A stretch of DNA of 64,000 nt from Octopus bimaculoides (GCF_001194135.2 NC_068998.1:19434554-19498553); one strand, 5' to 3'. Numbered from the stretch's first letter, positions 23,221 to 35,811 are shown. A program made the numbers and translations. The notes: a model not told the origin generated them from the letters alone.

Positions 23221-24650
23221 TCTATATATATAAAAATGAGAATGTGTGTCTGTCTGTCTGTCTGTCTGTGTGAATCCCTAAAACTCGAGAACTATGCTAC
23301 CAATTTCATTCAAATTTTACACATGCCTTACTTAGGGTTCCAGTTGTGTTTTAGTCAAAAAAAATTATTAACTTCTTGCAGAGTTCGAGCACACGGCAAC
23401 ATAATATCTCCTCCACTATTTAAGTATTACGTGTCAAAAGTGAAACAAAAACACTCATGTCAAATACTTTCACTTTAAAAATGAAACTATTCCACTAACT
23501 GAAACAATCACATTTCGATACTGTAGTGACAGATACTTTCACAGAGAGAGAAAGAGAGAAAGAGAGAGACAGAAAGAGAGAGAGAGATGTATATGTATAC
23601 ATATNNNNNNNNNNNNNNNNNNNNNNNNNNNNNNNNNNNNNNNNNNNNNNNNNNNNNNNNNNNNNNNNNNNNNNNNNNNNNNNNNNNNNNNNNNNNNNNN
23701 NNNNNNNNNNNNNNNNNNNNNNNNNNNNNNNNNNNNNNNNNNNNNNNNNNNNNNNNNNNNNNNNNNNNNNNNNNNNNNNNNNNNNNNNNNNNNNNNNNNN
23801 NNNNNNNNNNNNNNNNNNNNNNNNNNNNNNNNNNNNNNNNNNNNNNNNNNNNNNNNNNNNNNNNNNNNNNNNNNNNNNNNNNNNNNNNNNNNNNNNNNNN
23901 NNNNNNNNNNNNNNNNNNNNNNNNNNNNNNNNNNNNNNNNNNNNNNNNNNNNNNNNNNNNNNNNNNNNNNNNNNNNNNNNNNNNNNNNNNNNNNNNNNNN
24001 NNNNNNNNNNNNNNNNNNNNNNNNNNNNNNNNNNNNNNNNNNNNNNNNNNNNNNNNNNNNNNNNNNNNNNNNNNNNNNNNNNNNNNNNNNNNNNNNNNNN
24101 NNNNNNNNNNNNNNNNNNNNNNNNNNNNNNNNNNNNNNNNNNNNNNNNNNNNNNNNNNNNNNNNNNNNNNNNNNNNNNNNNNNNNNNNNNNNNNNNNNNN
24201 NNNNNNNNNNNNNNNNNNNNNNNNNNNNNNNNNNNNNNNNNNNNNNNNNNNNNNNNNNNNNNNNNNNNNNNNNNNNNNNNNNNNNNNNNNNNNNNNNNNN
24301 NNNNNNNNNNNNNNNNNNNNNNNNNNNNNNNNNNNNNCAACTGTATGTTGGCTGCTCAAGAGTGGGCAGCAACAAAAAACCTATTTGTATATGCTCCACA
24401 AGGGAAAACAAGGAACATAGTTTACAATGAGGTGTTATAATCACAACAGCAAGAAAGTATGTACATGGTCACCTTCTTTTATGAAACTTCATTGACTTTC
24501 ATATATTTATATTGATATACATATATATACGTGTGTTTGGGTGCGTGTGTGTATATACATCTCTATATATAAAGATGATGCGTAGTCTAGACGGCGTTTT
24601 TAGATTTCATTATTCTCTTTAACCCGGGCAACGCCGGGTATTTCTGCTAG
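23221..24650 (+). mobile_element. Helitron with both termini (interior mostly an N gap)
   Basis: 5' TC after A; helicase tail QLYVGCSRVGSNK/NLFVYAPQGKTRNIVYNEVL* with one frameshift; ACCCGG-GCAACG-CCGGGT hairpin; CTAG followed by T. Confidence 0.9.
23605..24337. other. Assembly gap (N run); other gaps at 8332-8431, 11374-11383, 19920-19929, 25710-25719, 35690-35811
   Basis: N characters in the sequence. Confidence 1.
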
Positions 24651-25255
24651 TCCATTATAAATGTGTTGTACTTTGGTCTATTTTTAAAAAATGCTTCAGT
24701 GGGAAATTGTTTTGGTTTCACCCTCACTGACTACTAATTTAGGGTAAACTGTTTTTCACCTGAGACCCTAATCTAAAATGTTTCAGTATGTGAAATTGAA
24801 GAATTGAGATTTCAGAATAGTTTGCCATAAAGTCATTGTTGTTAGTGAGCCGTCCAAGTTTGCTATATACAATTATATTTATTAAGAAGATATGACAGAA
24901 GCCAACTAGAATTTATGATACTACCCAACAAACTACAAACTGAGAACACCTAATCTGTAGATCATCAGAATTGTACCATTCATATATTGTTCTCATTATG
25001 AAATTCTCATCTGTATTGAGCTATGTTTAAAAATAGCAGTTGTGTGAGATAACCAATCCCAGTAGAACACACATATCTTTCTCACCATAAATGTTGCATA
25101 GTTTGAAGACTAAAAAAACTTATTCCATGTACTTATATGATGTCAAAAATGGAACAGAGTCCAATAGTTTTTCTCTCTCTCTCATTCTTTTTATCTATAT
25201 ATACACATATAATTAATAAATATCAGGGTAGGAAAAAATTTTAGAAATTTTTACT

Positions 25256-25833
25256 ACCAGTGCTGTCTTGAAAGTAATGACAGCCTTTGAGAAAGAGGGA
25301 AGAACCTCCTCTTTGAAACAAAACTCCGGAAGAAAACCAAAACTTTCAGATAGGGACCGTTGGACTCTTACGTGAATTGTTAGAAAGGATCACAAAATTA
25401 CTGCAGAGCTTAATGACCACCTCGAGAACCCAGTTTCCACAAAAACTGTTTGCTGAGAGCTGCACAAAGCCAGATTTTACGGGAGGGCTGCAATTAGAAA
25501 TCCACTACTTTCAAAAACAAATGCTGCAAAGCGTTTAGAGTGGAGTAAAAACCTACAGAATTGGTCCCTAGAGCAGTGGAAGAATGTTATTTTCTGGGAC
25601 AAGTCATCCTTTACCCTATTTCCAACCACTGGCTGAGTATACGTGTGGAGACAGCCAAAAGAAGCATTTGACTCAGGCTGCCTTCTTCCAGCTGTTAAAC
25701 ATTTGTTTGNNNNNNNNNNTGAGTATACGTGTGGAGACAGCCAAAAGAAGCATTTGACTCAGGCTGCCTTCTTCCAGCTGTTAAACATTTGTTTGAAATT
25801 TTAAGGTGTTTCCATTATTTTGTACAACACCTG
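25256..25833 (+). mobile_element. Tc1-like transposase remnant with 3' TIR
   Basis: SGRKPKLSDRDR..KRLEWSK..WSLEQWKNVIFWDKSSF; ends ...ACAACACCTG-TA. Confidence 0.85.
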
Positions 25834-25847
25834 TATATATATATATT

Positions 25848-25893
<46 letters not shown>

Positions 25894-26055
25894 TGTCTTT
25901 GTGCCTGTTTGTCTACCCATCACCACACAACTGATATTGGTGTGGTTATGTACTTGGTTCCTGTAACTTAGTGTTTCAGTAAAAAAGACCGTTAGAATAA
26001 GTACTAGGTTGACTTCTTTGACTAAAAAAGAAAAAAAATTTAATGAAATACTCAC

Positions 26056-26208
26056 AGGTTGTGCAGAAAGACCAGAAGCAATAGCAGTCATTGTCCGTAT
26101 AGTTGCAGGAGATATACTGAAAACAAGATTAGTTGTTTGAAGTTGTATATGCTGGCCTTCGTTAAATGGAGCACTGCTATGAAAGTTAATTTCACAGGTG
26201 TTAAGAAT
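26056..26208 (-). CDS. VPS13: VPS13 exon 24 (ILNTCEINFHSSAPFNEGQHIQLQTTNLVFSISPATIRTMTAIASGLSAQP)
   Basis: 153 nt, phase 0 to 0, ISP..I motif. Confidence 0.92.
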
Positions 26209-26349
26209 CTAAAATAAAAAAAAAAAATGAAAGCTGTTAAGATTTTTTGATTCCAACAGAAGAAACAAAATAAGAAAGTAGCCATTGCTAAAATAAAAAT
26301 AAGGAACTACTTGTTTAGCTGATAACTAGCACTCCATCAGTTAAGAGAC

Positions 26350-26640
26350 AAGTGCTCCAGTTGATCCGATCGATGGAACAGCCAGCTCATGAAATTAACA
26401 TGCAAGTGACTGAGCACTCCACAGACACGTGTACCCTTAACGTAGTTCTTGGGAATTCAGTGTGATACAGAGTGTGACAATGCTGGCCTTTTGAATTACA
26501 GGTACAGCTCATTTTTGTCAGCTGAGTCGACTGGAGCAATGTGAAATAAAGTGTCTTACTAAAGGACATAATGTGCCACCAGGAATTGAAATCATGACCT
26601 TACAATCTTGAGCTGAATATCCAAACCTCTAAGCCACATA
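26350..26640 (-). mobile_element. SINE with a different tRNA head and centre but the family-1 3' module
   Basis: Shares the GGAGTGCTCAG..ATCAACTGGA 3' part with family 1. Confidence 0.7.
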
Positions 26641-26867
26641 CTTTCACTGATAGTCAGCTCTGACTAAGTAGAATTGGTACCAACTGATCATCCCATCATT
26701 TTTTTTTTCAGACATTGTTTCTTGCACCACACTCTCTTGTGTACCCTTCCACTATTTTCTTTTTTAAGCTGATAGGGAGTGATTTGAGGTAGACTTGATT
26801 GTTACTTTTATCAGTCTAGAGACCACAAAGACTCTTGTAGGCTATGGATATTAACATTGTTAGAGAT

Positions 26868-27251
26868 TGTGTTGGCACTCCGTCGCTTACGACGTCGAGG
26901 GTTCCAGTTGATCCGATCAACGGAATAGCCTGCTCGTGAAATTAACGTGCAAGTGGCTGAGCACTCCACAGACACGTGTACCCTTAACGTAGTTCTCGGG
27001 GATATTCAGCGTGACACAGTGTGACAAGGCTGGCCCTTTGAGTTACAGGCACAACAGAAACAGGAAGTAGAGTGAGAGAAAGTTGTGGTGAAAGAGTACA
27101 GCAGGGTTCGCCACCATCCCTTGCCAGAGCCTTGTGGAACTTTAGGTGTTTTTCGCTCAATAAACACTCACAACGCCCAGTCTGGGAATCGAAACCGCGA
27201 TCCTATGACCGCAAGTCTGCTGCCCTAACCCTGGGCCATTGCGCCTCCACA
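26868..27251 (-). mobile_element. Full-length tRNA-derived SINE, family 1
   Basis: Near-identical to the other copies; 9-bp TSD GTTAGAGAT. Confidence 0.9.
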
Positions 27252-27706
27252 GTTAGAGATACTGATTAGTAAAGATGCAAATTTTCATATAATAATAATT
27301 GAAATTCAATTTAATAAAATGACATAATATGAAATGAAATGAAAGTTACCGCTTATGATGCCAAGAGGATTTAAGGCATTCAGTCAAAATGTTAATCCAA
27401 ATCCAATTATGAAATACATTTAAATCTTAATGGGACTAACAGTTCATTGCGATTTTAGTGTACATGATTAAATTCTAACTGCAAATAGTACCACAAGGAA
27501 GTGCATTTTACTATTTTAAGTAACAGCTGGGGAAGTGGACTGTTCAACTAACACCTGACAACTGACCTTGGTAAATTATTGGCTCAGCTTGATCACACAT
27601 TGTGCAATAAAAGGAAATCATTTAATATCACAAGCTATGTAGTCTGACATTCTACCATTTTAGTCACAATTCTGCCTTTAGTGACTGAGAACTGACAATT
27701 GCTTTA

Positions 27707-27931
27707 TTAACCCTTTAGTATTTAAACTGGCCATATCTGGCCAAAATATTCTACCTTTTTCACATTTTAAACTGGTCAGATCCTGCCTCTCACATCTACT
27801 CTATAATGTTATCTTAAACATAAACAGTCACATCATCAAAATCTCAAATTTATGAGAGAGTGCATGATTAATTCAAAGCAATGTAAATAAATAAACATTA
27901 CATTTGAGTAATCTGAATGCTAAAGGGTTAA
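27707..27931 (-). mobile_element. piggyBac-type MITE family A
   Basis: TTAA-CCCTTTAG...CTAAAGGG-TTAA. Confidence 0.88.
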
Positions 27932-28247
27932 CTAGAAAAATTTGGTTAAAAGTCTCTTACAGCCAGGTAACAAATCCTTCCAATTCAAAATAGTGCATAT
28001 ATTTAGAGTGTGTATCAAATACACATCTGTACTAGTTCTGTCTATTTCACATTTTCTACACTATAAACATAATTGTCATCATTTAACCATATGTTGTTAC
28101 AACTGACAAAGTTTTATTTGGCTCCATAAAGATTATCATATTCCATTTTTCTTTGGATCACTAGTTGACAATAAAGTCTTCAGTTGTACCTCACCAGCCC
28201 AAACTTCTATAGGGAATTACTTTGTATTTTAAAGTATAATACTTCAC

Positions 28248-28361
28248 CTGAATGCCATTATCTCTCTTCTTGAAGGTTGATGATACAATCTGAAGGCCAC
28301 AGACATTAGCTGACATTGTAGCGGTATCAGGAGTGGACACCATTTTAAAATCAATATTTGA
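28248..28361 (-). CDS. VPS13: VPS13 exon 23 (SNIDFKMVSTPDTATMSANVCGLQIVSSTFKKRDNGIQ)
   Basis: 114 nt, phase 0 to 0; 106-nt upstream intron. Confidence 0.9.
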
Positions 28362-28467
28362 CTGAAATATAAAACAAAAAGCAACCATGAAGACTACAAG
28401 AAAAATAAAAGGACAGCAAATAACTAAAGTATGATACAATTGATTAGTAAGACAGATGTTGACTTAC

Positions 28468-28601
28468 ATGGAGCACCAATGCATTAGTTTCAGAGTTGCA
28501 TTGATCTTCTATGAGAACAATTTCAGGATGTGATATTGAAACATTAATGTTCATATTTGATGTGGGTCTTTCAGGAGCTGCAGGAGCTGCAGACACTGTA
28601 G
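28468..28601 (-). CDS. VPS13: VPS13 exon 22 (TVSAAPAAPERPTSNMNINVSISHPEIVLIEDQCNSETNALVLH)
   Basis: 134 nt, phase 1 to 0, PEIVL motif. Confidence 0.92.
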
Positions 28602-29640
28602 CTAAAATTGGAAGTTGTTTTGAGACAGAAAAAAATGTTAACCATTATTATAAAAAAGTCAGCATTATTGCATTAATATTACAGTGGTAACAGTGACAGG
28701 TCTTCCTTATCTTCTGACTAATTAACCCTTTCGATACTATTCTACCTGAAACAACAACTGATCCTATGATACAAACATCCTCTTTTAAAGGGATCTAAAA
28801 TAAAACCTTCCATAAATTTTATGCTAATTTATGCTTCAAACACCAGTTTAATGACAAAGTTATTTTGCTAAATTCTTCATTAATTTCAAAATTAGTTGAA
28901 ATAAAGGTAGTGTATTTCAACATAAATAAAGGAATAAAAGAGATAATTAAAAAAAAAAAGTGAGAGAAGATTAGTATTAACATCTTGAGATTATTTGTAC
29001 TTTATTTTCTGTAAAATAAAGTTAATCATTTATATTCCTTTATTCTTATTCTTATTTTCAGTTTTTGGAATATGGCCATACTGGGGATTGCCCTGAAGGG
29101 TTTCATTCAATCAAATCAACACTGGTACCAATTTTACGCCTGGTACTTATTCTATCAAACCCCTTTTAGCTGAAACACTAATTTACAGGGATGTAAACAA
29201 ATCTACATGAGTTATCAAGTAGAGTGAGACTAATACAGACTTGGATGCACACTCAATGAGGCTTCTGCATAGATTCCATGTACTAAATTCACTCATCAGG
29301 CATTGGTTAGCTGGGGATAAAGTAGATAAAAGTTGCCCAAGTGGCTGTATAGTGGGATTGAACATGAAACCAAGAAGTTGTGAAGCAAACTTCTTAACCA
29401 CCCAGCCAAACCTCTGCTTACTATTTCTTCTATTTTGATTATTTGTTTTTGTTGAAATTTGTTTAATTATTTGATTTTGTTTCCACAGTCTTACTCTGAT
29501 GACATGATAGACTCAGATAAAGAAGGTTGTTAATCTTTTTGAATTAATTACTGAAGCTTTGATGAGAAAGTAGTAGTTCATGTTAGGATGGTTATTAAAA
29601 AATAAGTAAGAACTATAAGAACAAAAAGAATATTTGCTAT

Positions 29641-30205
29641 TTAACCCTTTAGCATTCAGATTATCCTGTCAAATGTAATGCTTATCTATTCAGATTTTTT
29701 TAAAGACATCATGCATTATCTCATAGCTTTGAGATTTCGATGATGTGATTGTTTATTTTTAGAAACACATTGTCAACCAGTTGTGAGAAGCTGGATCTAG
29801 CCAGTTTGATCAAAAAGCAGATAGAACAGTGGTTCTCAATCGGAGTCCATATAAGAATTTTGGGGGTCTATGCAACAAAATAGTAAATTGGGCATCCACA
29901 ATAATATTCTAAAGGCCCATGAAAGATTTTGCGTTAAATGTATGTATTGGTGTGAATTGCAAGAAACAGCTGGGTTTCTTTTTTTAACATTTTACATAGT
30001 TCAACCTACACAAGTGAATGAGTGAAAAACAAAATAAGAATTTTGAAAGAAGTTTCTATTAAACTAGTTTTTAAACATCGAATGGCTGAGGGGGTCCACC
30101 AGAATAAAATAGTAATCAAAGGGGTCCATAGCTAAAAAATGGTTGAGAACCCCCATGATAGAATATTTGGGCTGGGTATGGCTGGTTTAAATACTAAAGG
30201 GTTAA
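29641..30205 (+). mobile_element. piggyBac-type MITE family A interrupted by a hAT-type MITE (about 29827-30157)
   Basis: TTAA-CCC/GGG-TTAA ends; insert with CAGTGGTTCTCAA TIR and duplicated ATAGAA. Confidence 0.82.
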
Positions 30206-30360
30206 AGAATTTCATGTTTAAATACACATAAAATCTTATGCAGGATATTTGATACAGCAATTAATAGTTTAGTTTTAATGAGAAACTGACGATTTTGAAG
30301 ATAAAGATTTTTTTTCTAATCCTAAAAAAGAAAAGAAAACAAAAAAAATATCAAACTTAC

Positions 30361-30504
30361 TCCTTGAAGTTTTTGAATCTTGTACTGAACGTTTGGATTC
30401 AGAAGCAGTTGCTGTTTTTGTTGCTCCTTGAGTGAAGAAGTTTCCTAAAGTCATCAGAAAGTCTAAACAAACGCATATGTGCAAGTTGCACACTTTGACG
30501 TTGA
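30361..30504 (-). CDS. VPS13: VPS13 exon 21 (NVKVCNLHICVCLDFLMTLGNFFTQGATKTATASESKRSVQDSKTSR)
   Basis: 144 nt, phase 1 to 1. Confidence 0.92.
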
Positions 30505-30669
30505 CTGAAAACAGAGAGGAAAATATGAAGGATTAAAGAACAATGTATGAATCGATGTCAATTTTTTTAACTGAAAGAAACAATGAAAAACAAACACTTA
30601 CTTGATGGCTTACTGAAAAACAATTTCGTATGATATCATCAAATTAGTTCTATTGAAGAAAGTGAAAAT

Positions 30670-30880
30670 TTAATTCATCATCAGCATTGCTTAACATCCA
30701 TTTTTCCATGATTGCATGGATCAGACAGAATTTGTTGAGGTAAATTTTCAATGGCCTGATGCCCTTCTTGTTGCCAACCCTCACTGGCTTCCAAGCTAGG
30801 TAATATTTTCCATGGCCAGATATGTTTTCTACAGAAGACTGGAAATGAACAACCACACTTGCATGACAATGGTGCTCATT
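30670..30880 (-). mobile_element. LINE 3'-end-related fragment
   Basis: (CAT)n tail and GATGCCCTTCTTGTTGCCAACCC block shared with other RTE tails. Confidence 0.55.
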
Positions 30881-30904
30881 TACAAGACAAAAGCACACAC
30901 ACAC

Positions 30905-31090
30905 ACACACACGTGCATGTGCACAAGAGGCTTCTTTCAGTTTCTATCAGTCAAATTTACTCACAAGGCTTTGGTTGGCCCAAAGCTATAGTAGAAGACA
31001 TTTACCTAAGGTGCCATGCAGTGGGACTGAACCCAAGACAACATGACTGGGAAGCAAGCTTCTTAACAACACAGCCACATCTGCACCTAT
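30905..31090 (-). mobile_element. SINE family 3, 5' half
   Basis: Reverse complement of the family 3 head. Confidence 0.7.
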
Positions 31091-31367
31091 ATTGTTTATG
31101 GAAATCTGAATTAGAACCAAAAATAATTCACACATAAGTTCTATACGTTCTCTAATGGAAGTATTACAAGCAGCTAACTACAACAAAGAAATATTCTAAT
31201 ACTCTTAGGCCTACCCTATCCTTAACTAACTCTAGTAAGTCAGTGACTACTTGGGGTGGAATGAGATGACTGGTGTGGATGTCTGGATGCTGGCAATGTG
31301 GCACAGCTTACTGGACATTGAACAGATTTTGGTGATAGTACTTTTTGGCACTGGAAGCAAATACACA

Positions 31368-31412
<45 letters not shown>

Positions 31413-32370
31413 AAAATATATACATACAAATAAAAAGAGAGAGAGGAGGGGAGATACAATTCATTAACTGAACACAATTGGCATAAATAAAGAGAATTAA
31501 GCTCAGAGAAAAAGAGTGAGGGAAGGACAGAATGGGAAGAACAAAACATCTAATGCCAAATAAGTCAGCATCAAATCAGTGATACCAAATAAGTGGCACC
31601 AAAACAACTATGCCAAAACATTTTGTTGGAGTTTGGTCTAATTATCAAAGGCAAAGCAGGCTGAAGACTCAAGTTTGAATGTTTTTAAATCAATATGTAC
31701 TGCTATACTAGATAAATCAATTTAATTCTAAATTTTCTGAGTCAAAAATGCATAAGGAAACTGAGATTTTGTCACTGATTAAATGAGAATATTTAATATT
31801 TAACTCATTAATATATGATTTCTAAATTTGAATATTTCCTATTATAGTTGGATTATGTATTTCCTAATATGAAAAAATAATATTCAATTTTTAAGACAAT
31901 CAGCCTCCAACAAAACATATATCAAACTAGCCCAAAACTCAACTTCCTATCAAGACTCAAATTTTCTTCTCCAGAATTGAGCAACTGTACTGAAGAAGTC
32001 CATTTTGCTTATTTTTATATCTACCATTACCTAAACCTCACATAGAATATCTTGTTTGCTATACTACATCTCAGAAAGACATACAATGAATTGTGAAACA
32101 CAGTATGATTCTAGATAAATCTGAAGGATGGCATATCTGGGATCCTGGATAGGGTTTTTGCTCCAAATTGTTTAGTTAATTAAATATATACTATAGATAC
32201 ATTTGTTCAATGGGAAGAATATTTTCACTTTTGGGTTTGAGCTGTTCACCTTTACTTAAATATTACGATTCTTTTGCCTAGATTATTTTCAGAACAAAAC
32301 TTCAGAAAACTTCAGGCCAACAAAGAGAGAGAGAAAAAAAAAAAAGAATACAAATACATATATTCTTATA

Positions 32371-33611
32371 TCAGGTCATTAAGAATGAAATGTCTGATTT
32401 TTAACTTAAAGTTTATTTCACTTTATCTCAATTAAAAGCAATGCAGTTAATCAAAGTATGAACCTAAATTATCAACACACTTTTGCCATTTTATCGGTAG
32501 CTGGCAGTAAAGAATTCTGGAGAGCAAGAGGTGATGAAATCAGGAAGGGCTGTTTTTGTATCTTCTTCAGATTTGAAGTTTTTACCTTGCAAAAAGTTGT
32601 TTAATGCCTGGAAAACGTGATAGTCAGCGGGTGCAAGGTCTGGTGAATATGGTATATGACAGAGTACTTCCAAGTTCAGTTCCTGTAACTTCAGTAGCGC
32701 TCTTTGAACAACATGTGGTCGAGCATTGATTTGCAAGAGAATTGGCCTGTCACTATTGACCAATCTCAGCTGTTTAATTGCAAGTTCACTCATCATTTCA
32801 TCCAATTTGTTGGTGTATACATCTGCCAGGTCTCATGAAGCTGTAGTGGATGACACCAGCACTGGACCACCAAACAAACACCATCAGTTTTTTTGATGAA
32901 TATTCTTTTTTGGATTGTGTTTAGGCACTTTGTCTCTGTCCAACCACCATGCAGAATGCTCGCTATTTTTGAAAAGAATCCATTTGTCATCACATAACAA
33001 TACAATGCAAAAATGGTTCGCTTTTATGCCACAACAACAAAGAATAGCAAGTTTCAAGACGATGTGTTCAGTTTGTGTGGTACACTTGTCCAGCTTCTTT
33101 ACCTTGCCAATTTGTTTCAGATGGTCCAATACAGTTGGAATCAAAACACCAAACCTTGCAGCTAACTCATGTGTAGTTTGAGATGTATCTACTTCCACTA
33201 CAACTTCCAGTTTATCATTATCCACCTTAGTCTCAAGTCTACCATGGGGCTAATTTGTCAAGAGTAAAGTCACCAGACCAGAACTTCTCAAGCCATCGAC
33301 ATACAGTGTGCTCATTTGCCACATCTTCACCAAACACCTCATTGATGTTTCGAGCTGTCTGGGATGCATTGGTTCCATGATGGAATTCATATTCATAAAC
33401 AACACAAATTTTTGATCTATCCATGGGTTCACAAAAATTGATTTACAAGAGAAAACTCACAATATAATCAGACACCATGAATTGCATTTCAAAAAGTGAT
33501 GATGTAACTCTTCAATGTCGTAAAACAGAATTGTCAGGATAAAACATTAGAGTTAATGACTGTCAAACTTGGTGCATAAGAAAATTGGACATTTCATTCT
33601 TAATGATTCGA
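32371..33611 (-). mobile_element. Full-length decayed mariner (DD34D) transposon, 1241 bp
   Basis: ~30-bp TIRs (TCAGGTCATTAAGAATGAAATGTC), TA TSDs, frames with GTNASQTARNINEVFG and PYSPDLAPADYHVF. Confidence 0.92.
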
Positions 33612-33641
33612 TATATATGCATACTAATATACCATACTCAC

Positions 33642-33736
33642 CATCTTTGTCTGCTTTGGAATTTTGCTGAAACTGCACTTCAATCATATTTTGTGCTGGT
33701 GTTGATACTGGACTTGCAGAGTATCTTTGAATCATT
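33642..33736 (-). CDS. VPS13: VPS13 exon 20 (MIQRYSASPVSTPAQNMIEVQFQQNSKADKD)
   Basis: 95 nt, phase 2 to 1, GTGAGT donor. Confidence 0.9.
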
Positions 33737-34448
33737 CTGTTACGATCAATCAAAACAATGCCTAATTAAAGCTTTCTTAGACAAACAATTAGGTTACTTA
33801 TTAGAGAAAACAGAAGAAATAAGGAAAATCAAAAATATTAATGCTCTAAATACATATAAAAAAAAAAAAATGCATTGCTTAAGAACATAGCTTCCGACAA
33901 GATTTTTATAACATTGTGTAAACAGTAACTTGATCTTAATAGATCAGCTTCTCAAAATATTATGATATATGTGAAAATATAAAATTGTTATAATTTCCTT
34001 TTAAATATAAGATGAAAGTGCACAGAGCGTTTGTGAACAAACTTTAGCAGGGTATAAATAAATGATGAACTAAGGTAATTTTTGCTTTTCTCATTTCTCT
34101 TTCAAACTTATTAACAGTATCAACATAGCAGATACCAATCTAGCACAAAAAAGAAAAAGGAAAGTTGTGTTCATGACTCTTGCTGCAATTTGGAAATTGT
34201 AGCTTCTTGAGCAAGGCTGAATCCTTCATCTTTAAGGTCCAAAAAGAGTTGGAGGCCTTTGGTGGAGACAAATCATCTGTGAATATTGATGTGCATGTAT
34301 ATGTTTGTGTATATACATGTATATGTGCAATAACCCACATATATTCGTACTCATATGCATGTTACTTCTGTAATTATAATGCTATTCGTTGGTTTGTACA
34401 TTTAACGTTTGTGTATGAATGTTTATAAAAGTAAATTTAAACACATAT

Positions 34449-34680
34449 TTACGTTAATATTTTTAAAATAGTGCATGGATAGCAGGTCTTAAACTCATCT
34501 GTTATGGTTTGGAGGATTATAATAAATAGGAAGCTAAGAATTGAGCCCTGATGAACACTTGCTTGTATGCTAAATTCCTTGCTGACTCTTATTTGATTGA
34601 CATTGTCTTTAAACATAGCTTCAGTGACTCTCAAATTTTATTTACCTTCATCTACATGTAGCTTTCTCAGCGACCATCTT
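34449..34680 (-). mobile_element. RTE reverse transcriptase fragment
   Basis: EFSIQASVHQGSILSFLFIIILQTIT matches the QGS.LSP.LF motif. Confidence 0.75.
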
Positions 34681-34842
34681 AAAACATACACAACTTTTGT
34701 TTTCATATATTATCAGAGATATAAATACTGAACTTAATCCTAGAGGGGCTTCAGTTATAACAATGACAACTACATGCTGCTAAACATCTAATTAATCACT
34801 CTACTACTTCAATCATGTTCAATGCTCTTTATATCTACATAC

Positions 34843-35021
34843 CTTCTTATTGCATATTCTTTTACAGGACGACTGTCATCTAAAATGGTGTTATTCAAAA
34901 TAATATTTGCTTTCATCGAGCCATCTGACTGCATATTAAAGTCTATGTCAAACACCTGTAACTCAAAATGTCCCAGACACTTCTTGCTGTCTCGTTTCAT
35001 CACTATTCCAGCTTCGCTTGA
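34843..35021 (-). CDS. VPS13: VPS13 exon 19 (SSEAGIVMKRDSKKCLGHFELQVFDIDFNMQSDGSMKANIILNNTILDDSRPVKEYAIR)
   Basis: 179 nt, phase 0 to 2, LDDxRP motif. Confidence 0.92.
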
Positions 35022-35361
35022 CTGAAAAATGGAGTGGTAAAAAAGAAATCAAAGAACATAAATGGAAAGATTATACTAGATAATCAGTTTAAGAATTTAT
35101 AAATTTTTAAATGAAGAGAGACAAGACAATTTTCCTTTTATTTAAAGGGAATTTAAAAAGGAGATTTAGCTGCTACTTCTAGCAGGTTGAATAAACCCCT
35201 TTGAGGCTCTTTTATTGACTTCTAATATGGTTGTTGTTTTAATATTGTACATATATCAATGTTACAAATGCAGTTACAAAGAGATTTTTTGGATACAAAG
35301 ATAAATTATTATTGTCATGTGGTTAAGTTATTATTATTATCATCATTATTATTATTATTAT

Positions 35362-35689
35362 GCGGAGGCGCAATGGCCCAGTGGTTAGGGCAGCGGACTC
35401 GCGGTCATAGGATCACGGTTTTGATTCCCAGACCGGGCATTGTGAGTGTTTATTGAGCGAAAACACATAAAGCTCCACAAGGCTCCGGCAGGGGATGGTG
35501 GCAAACCCTGCTGTACTCTTTCACCACAACTTTCTCTCACTCTTACTTCCTGTTTCTGTTGTGCCTGTAATTCAAAGGGTCAGCCTTGTCACATTGTGTC
35601 ACGCTGAATCTCTCCGAGAACTACATTAAGGGTACACATGTCTGTGGAGTGCTCAGCCACTTGCACGTTAATTTCACGAGCAGGCTGTT
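35362..35689 (+). mobile_element. tRNA-derived SINE, family 1, truncated by an assembly gap
   Basis: Same head and body; inserted after a (TTA)n tract. Confidence 0.88.
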
Positions 35690-35811
35690 NNNNNNNNNNN
35701 NNNNNNNNNNNNNNNNNNNNNNNNNNNNNNNNNNNNNNNNNNNNNNNNNNNNNNNNNNNNNNNNNNNNNNNNNNNNNNNNNNNNNNNNNNNNNNNNNNNN
35801 NNNNNNNNNNN

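Noticed and set aside
23495-24444. ~300-aa ORFs in the track
   Set aside because: Made of N-gap codons; only the Helitron helicase tail at 24338-24440 is real.
25634-25795. Exact 76-bp direct repeat
   Set aside because: It flanks a 10-N gap on both sides: a contig-overlap assembly artefact.
34140-34340. Exon-like ORF between exons 19 and 20
   Set aside because: Immediate stop in the required phase; exons 19 and 20 already join in frame.
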